Below are positions 10,422-21,387 of a stretch of DNA of 64,000 nt, piece after piece (position 1 is the first letter of the stretch; every line of letters begins with the position of its first letter). Made by a program: the position numbers and the translations under genes. Origin of the DNA: a virus; the IMG/VR virus record IMGVR_UViG_3300046820_002568, positions 75,883-139,882 of that record, one strand, 5' to 3'. A model generated the notes under the pieces. The model saw only the letters and a program-made list of their open reading frames with translations. It made no database searches and was not told the DNA's origin.

Positions 10422-12260
10422 CTAAGAGAAGTTAACCGTTGACAGGTTTTTAACTCTTATTCTAATGTCTTGCCCAGGGAATCTAACTTGATATATTTGA
10501 GTCGGTTCGGCAAAAATTGTATCATCAATTAATTCAATTTGTCTAGTTGCTGAATCTATATACCTTTGTGATGTTTCACTTGATGAATACTGTCCTCCAA
10601 CATTATTGAATACTGATATATCAGATATTGCAATTACCCCGTTTTCGGATTGGATTATTCTTCTTATATCTGAGATGTTAACATTTTGTCCCATCTCCCT
10701 ATTAACTGGACTCATAAAATTTTCAACTAAAACAATTACATTTGAAATTACAACTCCTTGATTTTGCGTTGCATCTAAAACCAATGAAATATCAAAAGTT
10801 AAATCAATCACATTTGCCGAGGTAACAAATATATAATCATTTATCATTCTGTAATTTGACAAATAATTTGCAATATTGTTTTTTAAAGTATCCGATATTA
10901 CAGGAATTAATTTACCGTTAGTGTCGTAAGAAAGTACACTTATTTTTATTTTATTGTCTTCCTCAGATATTGCAACTTTTGCAGGTGCCCCAAAATTAGA
11001 TGGCATTTTACGAAGTAATGCCTCATAGTCATTAATGGTCACCGCTCTATTTTGAGCAGAAAAATTAAAAGTAGTATAATTTCTAACCTCCTCAGTTGTT
11101 GGTATATTAGCACCTCCAATTGCCGCAGTAACATTTAGACACGAAAGTGAATTAATTACTGCGGTATTAATATTACTTAATGGTCCGGTCACAACGAAAT
11201 TAACTGTTCCAATACTTTTAATAATTCCCACACCTAAATTACTTCCAAGACCTCCACCAATTCTATACTGAACGAATAAAGTTGAGTTTGGTTTTAAGAC
11301 TGAACCAAGAGAAAAATTATTCTGATACTTTGCCAAATCTAACGGTGTTCCATTTCTTGCAAATTCTCTTAATAATTCGTCAGTAGATGTATTACCACCT
11401 CCAAATGTCATTTTTAAAAATCCTTCAGGAGTAAATTCAGTAATAAATCTTGTATTTGTTTGCAAATATTTACCAACTTTGATACCGGGAGTGTCAGATG
11501 GTTTTGTTGGGTCCTCTATAAAAATTCTATCTTCGGCAAGAGCTTGGACTTCATACCATCTATTGTTAGTCCCCAAAAATTCTTGTACTGATGGAACATT
11601 TGTGTAATTAGTTCCATCTTTTAAAAGTACACTTGTGACTCCTAATACATTCTTCTCAGGTAAAAATATCTCATAGAAAGGTCTGGATTCCGCATCAGTT
11701 ATTGTTTTTCTAAATACTTTTGTTATTCCATTAACAACAGCCTCTCTTTTAACAATCGTATAACTTACAAGTTGGTTATTTGCATCAAAATTTGGAATTT
11801 TTTTCTTGTTTGGGTATCCTTCAGCACTGTAATCTGACGCAAAATCAATATCATTTATAAGTTCAAATATTTGACCAGCCCCTTGTACCTGACTACCTCT
11901 TCTTAATATACCACAATATCTTATATCTTCTTTATCCCCAAGAACTGGTACTACAATTGAGAATTCACATAATGCAACCGATGGTCTTTGCCCAGGAATT
12001 TTTAATCCGTAAGTTCTCGCAATATTAAAAACTGACGACCTTTGTTGCGCATATTGTAAAACTGTTTCTTGTAAACTTCTGTCAATATGATAGTGTAAAT
12101 TATCAGTAACAGCTGCGTTCAAATCCATAAAAACACTGAATATTGCTGCGTCATTAAAATTTGCAACAAGCTCTGGATAATAGGTTTTTGTAAAATTTAT
12201 AAGTTCAGCTCTTATACTTTGAAAATCCCTTGTAGTATATGAAATTTGTTTGTTTGCCAT
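10422..12260 (-). CDS. Baseplate wedge subunit (T4 gp6 / baseplate J-like)
   Basis: YTTRDFQSIRAEL, FSAQNRAVTINDY and YRIGGG motifs; adjacent to the gp25-like gene. Confidence 0.88.
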   Translation of the reverse strand: MANKQISYTTRDFQSIRAELINFTKTYYPELVANFNDAAIFSVFMDLNAAVTDNLHYHIDRSLQETVLQYAQQRSSVFNIARTYGLKIPGQRPSVALCEFSIVVPVLGDKEDIRYCGILRRGSQVQGAGQIFELINDIDFASDYSAEGYPNKKKIPNFDANNQLVSYTIVKREAVVNGITKVFRKTITDAESRPFYEIFLPEKNVLGVTSVLLKDGTNYTNVPSVQEFLGTNNRWYEVQALAEDRIFIEDPTKPSDTPGIKVGKYLQTNTRFITEFTPEGFLKMTFGGGNTSTDELLREFARNGTPLDLAKYQNNFSLGSVLKPNSTLFVQYRIGGGLGSNLGVGIIKSIGTVNFVVTGPLSNINTAVINSLSCLNVTAAIGGANIPTTEEVRNYTTFNFSAQNRAVTINDYEALLRKMPSNFGAPAKVAISEEDNKIKISVLSYDTNGKLIPVISDTLKNNIANYLSNYRMINDYIFVTSANVIDLTFDISLVLDATQNQGVVISNVIVLVENFMSPVNREMGQNVNISDIRRIIQSENGVIAISDISVFNNVGGQYSSSETSQRYIDSATRQIELIDDTIFAEPTQIYQVRFPGQDIRIRVKNLSTVNFS

Positions 12261-12263
12261 TTC

Positions 12264-12707
12264 TTATAAATTAATAATTATAAAATCACTAGAATTAAAT
12301 ACATTATTTGTTACAGTATAATCAATTCTAACTTTTGCAGTATACTCAACGGATGTCCTCCCTGGCATATCGAAAGTTTTTATTCCTTCCGTACCGCCAA
12401 TTTCGTCATCAGTTGCTGGATATACAGCAATGTTATTTATTTGCAAATTGGGAATGTATGTTTGGACAGAATCTCTAATTTCCGCTTCAATTTGATTAAA
12501 TGTTGGCCCGTCCAAAGGTTCAAAGATATATTCATATAGTCTTGTTCCAAAATCAGGTAAAAAATATCTAGTCCCTTTTCTCGTTAAAAGCAAATGAATC
12601 AAAGAACTTCTTATTTCCTCATCTTCAAAATCTGTAAGGTCTAAATACTTTCCATCAAATGAATCCCTAAATGGAAATGTTATACCATATGTTTTTCCGT
12701 TTGCCAT
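12264..12707 (-). CDS. Baseplate wedge / sheath initiator (gp25/GPW-like)
   Basis: LLLTRKGTRYFLPDFGTRLYEYIFEP signature. Confidence 0.9.
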   Translation of the reverse strand: MANGKTYGITFPFRDSFDGKYLDLTDFEDEEIRSSLIHLLLTRKGTRYFLPDFGTRLYEYIFEPLDGPTFNQIEAEIRDSVQTYIPNLQINNIAVYPATDDEIGGTEGIKTFDMPGRTSVEYTAKVRIDYTVTNNVFNSSDFIIINL

Positions 12708-12712
12708 ATCAT

Positions 12713-12719
12713 ATAAATA
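12713..12719 (-). promoter_or_regulatory. Putative late promoter TATTTAT
   Basis: 5 nt upstream of the gp25-like ATG. Confidence 0.6.
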
Positions 12720-12727
12720 TAGAAATA

Positions 12728-13348
12728 TTAAATTTCATCTATATTATAATAATAAGAATTGGAATCTTCTGAAACCCATCTATCAGAGCTAGTTTCAACT
12801 GATGGTAAATCATCGTCAACTTTTATTTTACTTCTCTCGAGCGGAAACTCAATTGTAACCCAATTTGAGTCCTTCCAAAATATTCTATTATTAGGCTGAC
12901 ATAATAAGTAACCATCATCAGCTACTAATATGTGACCGCATTTATAATCAGACGGTTCATCAGAATATGGATTATTAAACCAATCGATTGTCATAAGATA
13001 AGTTGCCCATACTTTGGTTTTATCTTTTAAAACAATCTCACATCTTTTTCCTTTTAAAAATTCAAATTTTGTAACTGAATGTTCTTCACCAAAACAATCC
13101 CATAATTGTTTAAAATGAAATGGAATATCTTTGTTTGGTACCTTAAAAAATATTTCAGATATTGGAACTCTTGACCTTAACATTCCATAATCAGTCATTA
13201 TATGGAATGTTAAGATTTTACCAGAAACAGACTGTATTCCAAATACATAAGCGTTATGGAATTTATTATTGTCTTCTTCTTTTTTAGTAAAGTGGGATAG
13301 TCTCACTAAACATTTGAAACTATCTACACTTGTGTTTAATGTTGCCAT
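12728..13348 (-). CDS. Phage hypothetical protein (QPNNR motif)
   Basis: 206-aa ORF directly after nrdA; YLMTIDW...HIL...QPNNRI resembles hypotheticals of aquatic phages. Confidence 0.6.
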   Translation of the reverse strand: MATLNTSVDSFKCLVRLSHFTKKEEDNNKFHNAYVFGIQSVSGKILTFHIMTDYGMLRSRVPISEIFFKVPNKDIPFHFKQLWDCFGEEHSVTKFEFLKGKRCEIVLKDKTKVWATYLMTIDWFNNPYSDEPSDYKCGHILVADDGYLLCQPNNRIFWKDSNWVTIEFPLERSKIKVDDDLPSVETSSDRWVSEDSNSYYYNIDEI

Positions 13349-13351
13349 TTT

Positions 13352-15784
13352 TTATGATGAACATCCAAAACAATCAAATTCACTATTTGCCGGTTTTGGT
13401 GGTAAGTTTAAATTTGAATAATCTACTTTAGGTGGTTCAGGTGTTACATTTGGTTTTGATATTTTTGATATGTCAACCGCCAAATGTTTTGCTCCTGTTG
13501 AAATTGCCTTTGTTCTAACATAGTAACAAAGAGTCTTCAGTCCTTTTTCCCATCCATAGAAGTGAGATGACGAAATCTTTGACAGGGTTGGATTACCCAT
13601 ATAGATGTTCATCGACTGTGATTGGTCAATAAACGGAGCTCTGTCGGCTGCCATTTCAATTAATTCCTTCTGTGAGATTTCCCAAATTGTTTTGTATTTT
13701 GGAATAAGGTGTTCAATTCTTTTAACTTTCTTATTGTATTGTTTGTCCTCAGGGTCAAGGTAGTTATTGAAATTAATTCCTTGCACTGAACCTTCATTAA
13801 GAATAATTTCATTCTTTAGGTCTTCGCCCCAAATACCGAGCTTCTCAAAGTCATTAATCAAATACTTGTTAACAATCATAATCTCACCTCCAACAACTCT
13901 TCTATTAAAGATTGCCGAGTGAGCTGGTTCTGTCATTTCATATGACCCTGTAATTTTAGCCGATGATGCCACAGGCATTTGAGCGGTGAATAAAGAGTTA
14001 CAAACACCATACTTACTAACATTCTCCTTCAATATCCCCCAAGGCCATCTTCCTGATAACTCGTCTTCTTTAAGTCCCCACATATCAAACTGAAATATTC
14101 CGTTTGACATTGGTGACCCTTCAAAAAAGTCATACGGTTTATATTCACCATCAATACATAGTCTGTTACTTTCAGTGATTGCAGCAAAATAAATTGTTTC
14201 AAAAATTTCTTTATTAAGTTTCTTTGCTTCTTCAGATGTAAAAATGTAATCCATCAAATAGAATACATCCGCAAGTCCTTGAGTTCCAATGGCAATTGCT
14301 CTTTGTTCACGACCACCCTTGTTCCCCTTTTCAGTTGAGTAGTTGTTAATATCCACAACTTTGTTAAGGGCTCTAACTACTTTACGGGTTTCTTCATACA
14401 ATAACTGGTGGTTAAATTCTCCATCTTTAATGAAGTTCTTTAATACCATTGATGATAATGTACAAATAGCGGTTGTGTTTTCGTCAGTATATTGGTAAAT
14501 CTCGTTACAAAGATTTGACTGTTTGATTACACCTATGTTTTGGTGGTTTGTCTTTTTGTTAGCATTGTCCTTTGAACAAAGATATGGTACTCCAGTTTCA
14601 ATCTGTGATTCAATAATCTTAGACCAAATTTCTTGTGCTTTAACTTTTTTGCCGAGTCCTAATTCAACTGCTTTATTATAGTTTTCTTCATACTCGTCAC
14701 CATAACATTCTTGAAGAGGTTTAACGCCCGCTTTCTTAATATCATTAGGACAGAACAAATACCAATCACCATTGTTCTTAACGGCTTTCATAAAGTTATC
14801 AGGAATCCAAAGTGCGGTGAATAAGTCACGAGCTCTTAATTCTTCGGCACCTGTATTCTTTTTAATGTCCAAAAGGTCAAAAATGTCTTTGTGCCAAGGT
14901 TCCAAATAAATTGCAGCCGAACCAGGACGACGACCTTGTTGATTAAAGAATCGAAGTGATTCATTAACAATTTTCAAATACTTCAAAAGTCCACCGGCAA
15001 ATCCCCCTGAAGATGAAATACGGCTTTCTTTGCTTCTAATATTTGACATAGAAAGACCAATACCCGCAGCATCTGATGAGTATGTTGAAATATCTTTCAT
15101 TGTATTTAAAAGACCTTCTCTTGAGTCCGCATCATTAAAGTGAAGGACACAAGAAGCAAGTTGTGGAACCTTTGTACCGGCATTAATCATAATTGGAGTT
15201 GCCGGTGAAATAAGTTGACTTGAGAGTGACTTATAATATTCAACCGCTTGTTCAAATGATTTAGTTACCCATATCGCAACACGCATATACATATGTTGTG
15301 GTCTTTCAATTGTCTTACCACTTGGAAGTTTCAAAAGATACATCTCTTGTAGCGACCTCCAAGCAAAGTAGTCAAAATTATAGTCATTGTCGTGATTAAT
15401 AACTTCATCCACATTAGACGGTCCGTAACTGCTAATCATATTGATAAACTCCTGATTAACAATTCCTTCTTTGTAAAGTTCCATCATAGTGTTTGAGAAA
15501 CTTGGGTTTGTTTCTTTATGATAAGCAGAAATGGCAACTGATGATGCAAGTCTTGAATAGTCGTGATGACTACCAGTAAACGCTGCTGCAATTTCATAGA
15601 TTAACTTATCAAGTTCCTTTGTGGTAATCTCACCCTCAGTTGGAACTGAAGTAATTACCTTAATAAAAATCTCGTCAGAATTAATGTTTAAACCTTTGGC
15701 GGCTCTTTTAATTCGGTTATATATTTTCTGTGGGTTAAAGGACGCATCTTCCCCACTACGCTTTTTAATTTTTAGTGACATCAT
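13352..15784 (-). CDS. nrdA: Ribonucleotide reductase class Ia alpha subunit
   Basis: N-terminal ATP cone (KIKKRSG), SPATP, QLASC, SNLCNEI, MPVASS, C-terminal CxxC (CFGC); no intein. Confidence 0.97.
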   Translation of the reverse strand: MMSLKIKKRSGEDASFNPQKIYNRIKRAAKGLNINSDEIFIKVITSVPTEGEITTKELDKLIYEIAAAFTGSHHDYSRLASSVAISAYHKETNPSFSNTMMELYKEGIVNQEFINMISSYGPSNVDEVINHDNDYNFDYFAWRSLQEMYLLKLPSGKTIERPQHMYMRVAIWVTKSFEQAVEYYKSLSSQLISPATPIMINAGTKVPQLASCVLHFNDADSREGLLNTMKDISTYSSDAAGIGLSMSNIRSKESRISSSGGFAGGLLKYLKIVNESLRFFNQQGRRPGSAAIYLEPWHKDIFDLLDIKKNTGAEELRARDLFTALWIPDNFMKAVKNNGDWYLFCPNDIKKAGVKPLQECYGDEYEENYNKAVELGLGKKVKAQEIWSKIIESQIETGVPYLCSKDNANKKTNHQNIGVIKQSNLCNEIYQYTDENTTAICTLSSMVLKNFIKDGEFNHQLLYEETRKVVRALNKVVDINNYSTEKGNKGGREQRAIAIGTQGLADVFYLMDYIFTSEEAKKLNKEIFETIYFAAITESNRLCIDGEYKPYDFFEGSPMSNGIFQFDMWGLKEDELSGRWPWGILKENVSKYGVCNSLFTAQMPVASSAKITGSYEMTEPAHSAIFNRRVVGGEIMIVNKYLINDFEKLGIWGEDLKNEIILNEGSVQGINFNNYLDPEDKQYNKKVKRIEHLIPKYKTIWEISQKELIEMAADRAPFIDQSQSMNIYMGNPTLSKISSSHFYGWEKGLKTLCYYVRTKAISTGAKHLAVDISKISKPNVTPEPPKVDYSNLNLPPKPANSEFDCFGCSS

Positions 15785-15803
15785 AGTTTTATAAAATAAT
15801 CAA

Positions 15804-16751
15804 TTAAAAGTCATCCGTAAAGGACAATGTTTCGTTCAACTTTGCCTTTTGATATTCAACAGTTCTTGACTCAAAGAAATTACCTTTTGTTTCAACTGCA
15901 ATTTGTTCCATAAATTTAAATGGCTGTTCAACATTAAAATGTTTCTTACAACCCAATTTAACTAACAGACCATCAACAACAAACTCAAGATATTGTTTCA
16001 TAAGATTTGAGTTCATTCCAATAAGTGAAACTGGAAGTGACTCAGTAATGAATTCTTTTTCAATCTCAAGTGCTGAAAGAAGAATTTCCTTAATTCTCTT
16101 TTCACTTGGCTTGTTTTCACAGTGATTGTTCAAAAGGTGAATTGCAAAGTCACAGTGAAGATTTTCATCTTTAAATATAAGTGAGTTAGCATTACACAAA
16201 CCTTGCATGATTCCTCTTGATTTTAACCAAAAGATTGAACAGAATGAGCCTGAAAAGAATATTCCTTCTACAGCGGCAAATGCTACAAGTCTTTCTTGGA
16301 ACGATGCGTTTGTAATCCAATCAAGAGCCCATTTAGCTTTCTTTTGAACTGCTGGAAGTCTGTCAATCGCATTAAAACATTCATCCTTTTCATTTGGATT
16401 TGACACATATGTATCAATCAAAAGTGAATACATTAGACTGTGAATGTTCTCCATTGCAAGTTGCATTCCGTAAAAGAATTTTGCTTCGGGGTATTGTACT
16501 TCTCGGTAAAAATTTTCAGCCAAATTTTCGTTAACAATTCCATCGGATGCCGCAAAGAACGATAAAACATTCTTAACAAAGTATTGTTCATTCTCTGAAA
16601 GGTTCTCCCAATCACGAATATCACCCGACAAATCCACCTCTTCAGCCGTCCAAAATGCGGCTTGGTGCATTTTATAATATTCCCATATGTCGTTATGTTC
16701 AATTGGAAATATAACGAAACGATTTGGATTTTGTACCAATATTTTTTCCAT
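15804..16751 (-). CDS. nrdB: Ribonucleotide reductase class Ia beta subunit
   Basis: [30 protein letters not shown] (radical Tyr), [14 protein letters not shown]. Confidence 0.97.
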   Translation of the reverse strand: MEKILVQNPNRFVIFPIEHNDIWEYYKMHQAAFWTAEEVDLSGDIRDWENLSENEQYFVKNVLSFFAASDGIVNENLAENFYREVQYPEAKFFYGMQLAMENIHSLMYSLLIDTYVSNPNEKDECFNAIDRLPAVQKKAKWALDWITNASFQERLVAFAAVEGIFFSGSFCSIFWLKSRGIMQGLCNANSLIFKDENLHCDFAIHLLNNHCENKPSEKRIKEILLSALEIEKEFITESLPVSLIGMNSNLMKQYLEFVVDGLLVKLGCKKHFNVEQPFKFMEQIAVETKGNFFESRTVEYQKAKLNETLSFTDDF

Positions 16752-16776
16752 AATAAATGCTATTGTTTTATAATAA

Positions 16777-18147
16777 TTATACTGTTTGTTGTTTCTTTCT
16801 GTCTAAAATTTCGCGAATTCTATCTCTATTTTTTTGTTCTTTGTTTTCTTCAAAACCTAACATTGTCATCGAACTTTCTGTATCAATTACAAGTAGTTCA
16901 TTATCAAATTTACAGTTTTCAAAGATTACCCCATCTTTACCGATACGAGATTTTGTGATTGCAATTGTTGCAAGTTTGAGTTCCTTTTGTTGTAATGTTT
17001 TCGCCACCGATATGATAACATGACCTACTTGAGCCTTCTTAATAGAACCACCCATTTGGTCTGTTGTTACAACTTCAGACGAAATCGAACTTCTGTTACC
17101 TTGTGTTGCTGTCCATCCTGCAATGTGTAACTCGTGACACATTGCTTCAAATGCTCTCATTACTGAACCCTCACTTTTCCATTCATCATCCATCATCTTC
17201 TCAGGTGTAACACAATCAATGTAGTCCAAGATAATAACGTCAATCTTAATTCCATCGGCAATCATCTTTCTAAGTTGATTCTTAATTTGACCCATAGTCA
17301 AAGTATCGGATGGGAGTTTTTTAAGGATAAGTCTGTTTTTCATCTTATCTTGAACCTCGGTTACTTTCTTCATAACCTCTTCTTTGTGGTCGCCAAGAAG
17401 GTCAGGAGCAATTCCAGTCCAAAGGGTGAAGTGTTTTCTTTGAATAATCTTTGGGTTGTCCTCAAAGAATATCTGTAACACATTGAATCCCATATTGAAG
17501 GCGTGGTTTGCAATCTTTGTGGTCAAACTTGTCTTACCGACACCTGTTGGTGCAAGTATCACTCCGATTTCACCTTTAGCAAGACCACCTTTCAATAGGT
17601 TATCAATACCTGGAATCCCCATTGGAATTGGATGACGATAATCTTCTTGAAGAACTTGGTCCAAGTTTTCAAAAACATCACCTGTATCTTTCTCTATAAC
17701 ACCAACTTGAAGAGCCTCTCGAACCATCTCCTCAAGGGTGTCATAGTTTTCAAACTCGCCTCCGTCAATAATCTTTTGAGCCTTTCCCATCACCTTCTGA
17801 AGCTCTTGTTGCTTACAGAATTTGAGAGCTTTTTCTTGAACAAAAAGTGACCCTTCTTCAGATACATTTTTAATTTCATTAATTGTATCCAAAGTGATTT
17901 TTAACATCAGCTCTTGGGTAATCTCTGACTTAATAATTTGATGTAATGTGTCATAGGTTGGAGCACAATCAAACTTTTTGTAGTATTCTTTAATCATCTG
18001 TATGATGATTTTGTAATACTTATTTTCAAAGTAATTTGCCTCAAGTACATCCAATATCGAGTGAGAAAAGTTCTTATCAATTATTATCTGATTGATAAGT
18101 TGTTGTTGGAAAGTACCTCCTAAATAATCAAAATTCTTGTCAGCCAT
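16777..18147 (-). CDS. dnaB: Replicative DnaB-family helicase (T4 gp41-like)
   Basis: Walker [29 protein letters not shown]. Confidence 0.92.
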   Translation of the reverse strand: MADKNFDYLGGTFQQQLINQIIIDKNFSHSILDVLEANYFENKYYKIIIQMIKEYYKKFDCAPTYDTLHQIIKSEITQELMLKITLDTINEIKNVSEEGSLFVQEKALKFCKQQELQKVMGKAQKIIDGGEFENYDTLEEMVREALQVGVIEKDTGDVFENLDQVLQEDYRHPIPMGIPGIDNLLKGGLAKGEIGVILAPTGVGKTSLTTKIANHAFNMGFNVLQIFFEDNPKIIQRKHFTLWTGIAPDLLGDHKEEVMKKVTEVQDKMKNRLILKKLPSDTLTMGQIKNQLRKMIADGIKIDVIILDYIDCVTPEKMMDDEWKSEGSVMRAFEAMCHELHIAGWTATQGNRSSISSEVVTTDQMGGSIKKAQVGHVIISVAKTLQQKELKLATIAITKSRIGKDGVIFENCKFDNELLVIDTESSMTMLGFEENKEQKNRDRIREILDRKKQQTV

Positions 18148-18172
18148 CTTAGTCTTTTTTTATTAAATATTA

Positions 18173-18628
18173 TTAGACTAAGGAGTATCCCATCAAATCG
18201 TAAGTTAAATTTTTAGAAGAAAATACTTCGGTCAAATTAGACAAAACCCCTTTAAGATATGGTCGAATATCGACTGTGTATCGAACTTTTGGGGGGTAAG
18301 GTTTTGCATCAAAAGTGTAGTGGTACATAACATTACCATTGTATTTTAGATACAAATTAAACACCTCAGGTCCATCTGTGAAAGATGTTTCGAGAACCTC
18401 AGGGTTTTCCATAATTTCATATTGGTTGTCAGACATATATGAAACACTCTTCATCTTTAGATGTAGTTTCATAGTCTCAACAAATCCATCCAACAATTCC
18501 AAAAGCTCTACTGAATTTTTAGCCTTTGGGTTGTAGTCTTTCACATTAAAATACCGTTGTACAATAAAGTTGTCGTTTACGGTCATCAAAAACTCCAACT
18601 TTGTTAAATCTGCATTTTGCTCTTTCAT
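18173..18628 (-). CDS. Hypothetical protein in the replication operon
   Basis: 151-aa ORF between exonuclease and helicase. Confidence 0.65.
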   Translation of the reverse strand: MKEQNADLTKLEFLMTVNDNFIVQRYFNVKDYNPKAKNSVELLELLDGFVETMKLHLKMKSVSYMSDNQYEIMENPEVLETSFTDGPEVFNLYLKYNGNVMYHYTFDAKPYPPKVRYTVDIRPYLKGVLSNLTEVFSSKNLTYDLMGYSLV

Positions 18629-18636
18629 AAAGAATT

Positions 18637-19638
18637 TTACTTTGTTTTTTTACTTTTTTCTTTTCTTGTTAACTTTAAAAATGGTGTGATAAAATAAGTC
18701 CATGCGTCGTCCGTTTTTGGTAGAAACTTAAAAATCCCATCATCCACCATAAACTTGATTAGATTTTTATAACTCCTACCGTCTGTATCTAAGTTCTCTG
18801 AGAAGATAAGTTTTACTTGTTCAATTGCCTCTTCATTCAAAAGAGGGTTAGACAAATCCACAATCTTTTCATTAATCTCATAATACTCTTTTTCAAATAT
18901 ACCTGATTTTGTCTTACCAGTCAAAATATTTTTTAAAGTTTGGTTATCTTTTTGTTCTTTCAACAATAGTTCAGCCTTTTCAAGAATTTCTTGGTAGGTG
19001 ACTTTTCTTTCCAAAACTTCAGGAAAAAATTTAACGAGTGTCTTTTCTCCAAGGGATTGAATACCTTGGATATTATCTGATTTATCCCCCATCATTATCT
19101 TCAATGTTAAGACATTTTCGTGTGGAAATTCAAAATCATTGAACTTGATTTTGTCTCCATTTTCATATGTTGTTCTAAGTGAAGGTGAATAAAGTGAAAC
19201 TTTTTCAGAAATAAGCTGAGTTAAATCTTTGTCAGAAGAGAATATTAATTTCTTTTCATTCTCAGATATTCTGCAATACTCAGCCATAAGGTCATCAGCT
19301 TCAATTCCTTGGACTTCAAGTTGTCGGACATACATTTCCTCCAAGTATTGTTTAACTCTGTTTTTTTGGTATAGATATGACAAATAAATTGGTTCTTCAA
19401 AAGATAGTTTTCTATTCTGTTTGTAACTTGGATATAGAATTTCTCTTTTTGACCTTGAGTCTTCTCCGTCCCAAAAAACAATTACCTTATCAAAATTGTG
19501 CTCGTCAATAAATTTTCTAAGAGTATTAATAAAGTGAAAGAGACCCCCAATATGGTTTCCATTGTGGAAATAATCTTTCACACCATGGAAACCAATTTTA
19601 AAGAGGTTATTACCGTCTACAAGGAGAGTCTTCTTCAC
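18637..19638 (-). CDS. 5'-3' exonuclease / flap endonuclease (PolI N-terminal, T4 RNase H-like)
   Basis: LLVDGNNL, YKQNR, EADD, SSDKDLTQL, GDKSDNIQGI. Confidence 0.93.
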   Translation of the reverse strand: MKKTLLVDGNNLFKIGFHGVKDYFHNGNHIGGLFHFINTLRKFIDEHNFDKVIVFWDGEDSRSKREILYPSYKQNRKLSFEEPIYLSYLYQKNRVKQYLEEMYVRQLEVQGIEADDLMAEYCRISENEKKLIFSSDKDLTQLISEKVSLYSPSLRTTYENGDKIKFNDFEFPHENVLTLKIMMGDKSDNIQGIQSLGEKTLVKFFPEVLERKVTYQEILEKAELLLKEQKDNQTLKNILTGKTKSGIFEKEYYEINEKIVDLSNPLLNEEAIEQVKLIFSENLDTDGRSYKNLIKFMVDDGIFKFLPKTDDAWTYFITPFLKLTRKEKSKKTK

Positions 19639-19643
19639 AGATT

Positions 19644-20219
19644 TTAGATTAAATCTTTTGACAAAATTTTGTTACTTTTTTTGATATTTTCTAACTTCCA
19701 AAGTGGTTGTAAATTAGTGTAGTAACATAATTTATACAACTCTTCTTCAGTTTTTGCGGATGATAAAGGTATTATGTGGTCTATATGCCAATCACTTCTG
19801 TTATCCCAAGTCATACCATCAACGAATTGTTTTTCTAAATGTTCCCTTAATTGTAAGGGAGTACACCCCACAATGTCAAATGTTTTGTTTTTTTTGGTGA
19901 TATCAAGTTTTTTTAAATAAGACCATAATCTACTTCTCATTCCTGATAATAATTTAAATTCAGGTTCATCACTTTTTCTTTTTGTCCAATAACTATTATA
20001 TTTTTCCCTATTATTTTCTATCCAAATTTTCTTTTTTCTTGATTGTTCTTCTTTGGTAGATTCATAATATTTTTTTGTTTGTTTTTTATACTCTTCCGGA
20101 TTTTCTTCTCTCCATTTTTTCTTTTTTAAAAGATGACAAACTTTACAATTAGCGTGTTTTTTAAAAAATAAACTTTCGCATTTTTCTTCTCCACAATCTT
20201 TACAAACTTTGGTTTTCAT
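19644..20219 (-). CDS. HNH (homing) endonuclease with N-terminal CxxC zinc finger
   Basis: CKDC...CKVC, Lys-rich helix, WHIDHIIPLS...NLQPLW..EN. Confidence 0.88.
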   Translation of the reverse strand: MKTKVCKDCGEEKCESLFFKKHANCKVCHLLKKKKWREENPEEYKKQTKKYYESTKEEQSRKKKIWIENNREKYNSYWTKRKSDEPEFKLLSGMRSRLWSYLKKLDITKKNKTFDIVGCTPLQLREHLEKQFVDGMTWDNRSDWHIDHIIPLSSAKTEEELYKLCYYTNLQPLWKLENIKKSNKILSKDLI

Positions 20220-20361
20220 TTTCTACATATTTCCTTAATAGTTTATTAACTAAAGACGAAAGATTAATTGATTTATATTTAAAATATTCAGGTAGGTCGG
20301 GGTCAATTGAAACCCCGACTTTTACCTTCTTTAAATTTTCTACAATTTTCTTTCTTCCCAT
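20200..20361 (-). CDS. Small ribbon-helix-helix-like DNA-binding protein (53 aa)
   Basis: Not in ORF track. MGRKKIVENLKKVKVGVSIDPDLPEYFKYKSINLSSLVNKLLRKYVENENQSL; own TATTTAT; paralog at 48902. Confidence 0.75.
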   Translation of the reverse strand: MGRKKIVENLKKVKVGVSIDPDLPEYFKYKSINLSSLVNKLLRKYVENENQSL

Positions 20362-20366
20362 TATTA

Positions 20367-20373
20367 ATAAATA
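20367..20373 (-). promoter_or_regulatory. Putative late promoter TATTTAT of RHH-HNH cassette 1
   Basis: AGATATTTATTAATAATG. Confidence 0.6.
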
Positions 20374-20403
20374 TCTGAAAAAGTGGAAAAAATATAACTT
20401 TTA

Positions 20404-21387
20404 TTAGTCTTCGGAATCATCTTGTGACTCATCCAAAGAATAGTTAGAATCTCCAAGCTTTTGAACCCAATAATCTGAGTAGTCTTTTTTATACTTTTCT
20501 AAAGCGTCTTTTGTGTCCGTAATATATCCATGCGGTACCGCAATAATCTTACCATCTTTATATCCAAGTCCATTTACGTGATTCTTTAAGATAGAAATTT
20601 TAGTCCTAATCGCAAAAGATACTTTTCTACCATTTTTAGTGGCGTCAATATGGCTTATACCCGCCTTTTTTTGATTACCAAACAAAAATACTAAACTACT
20701 AGCCAACCAAATTGCCGTTCCACCCTTAGCTTGAATCTCGGGTTGTCCAAATGGATTATCAGGTAAAAGTACCCAAGGCTGATTTAAAACAACCAAAGTA
20801 TTATAATATGGATAATCTTCTTTTTTTGATTTTGATATTCTTGAGTGTATCCCCATCCCTATTTTATCGGCAAGTACTTTTGCATTGTGCATGCCGCCGC
20901 CCTTACCATCAAATGTCATTTGGCAAGGAATACTTCCAATACTATCCCACAAAAATAAAATATTATATGGGATGTCACCCTTTTCTTGAGCGTCCAAAAT
21001 TTGATTAATGAAATCTGTGGCTTGTTCAATAACATCAAATGAATCATTAAAAATGAACATCCCGTCATACTCTCCGAACTCATTTTTTTCAGCTTGTAGT
21101 CCTAGTTCAATAGCATGTTCCCAACTCCATTTTTTTTCTGTAATAATAAAAACAGGTAGGTGACCTTTTTTCTGAGCGTCAGCGGCTGCTAAAATCATGG
21201 CCGTTGTTTTAGATGTATTAGAATGTCCTAAAAACATATTAATACCACCTAAAACAGGTCCAGGTAACCCACATGCGTCCATAAAAGATTCTCCACAACT
21301 ATAAAAAGTTTCTGGCTTATATTTTGTTTTGGTGGAGTACTTATCTTTTATAGAATCTAATGAAAATTCTTTTTTCTTGATTGCCAT
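20404..21387 (-). CDS. uvsX: RecA/UvsX-like recombinase
   Basis: P-loop GHSNTSKTT, Walker B FLWDSIGS, LNQ, KGG, KNH; next to SSB. Confidence 0.85.
   Translation of the reverse strand: MAIKKKEFSLDSIKDKYSTKTKYKPETFYSCGESFMDACGLPGPVLGGINMFLGHSNTSKTTAMILAAADAQKKGHLPVFIITEKKWSWEHAIELGLQAEKNEFGEYDGMFIFNDSFDVIEQATDFINQILDAQEKGDIPYNILFLWDSIGSIPCQMTFDGKGGGMHNAKVLADKIGMGIHSRISKSKKEDYPYYNTLVVLNQPWVLLPDNPFGQPEIQAKGGTAIWLASSLVFLFGNQKKAGISHIDATKNGRKVSFAIRTKISILKNHVNGLGYKDGKIIAVPHGYITDTKDALEKYKKDYSDYWVQKLGDSNYSLDESQDDSED

Noticed and set aside
13352-16751. Eukaryotic virus (NCLDV) origin suggested by eukaryote-like RNR, GT60 and SNF2
   Set aside because: Sheath, tube, baseplate, neck, DnaB and gp32-like genes plus bacterial promoters and terminators identify a tailed phage
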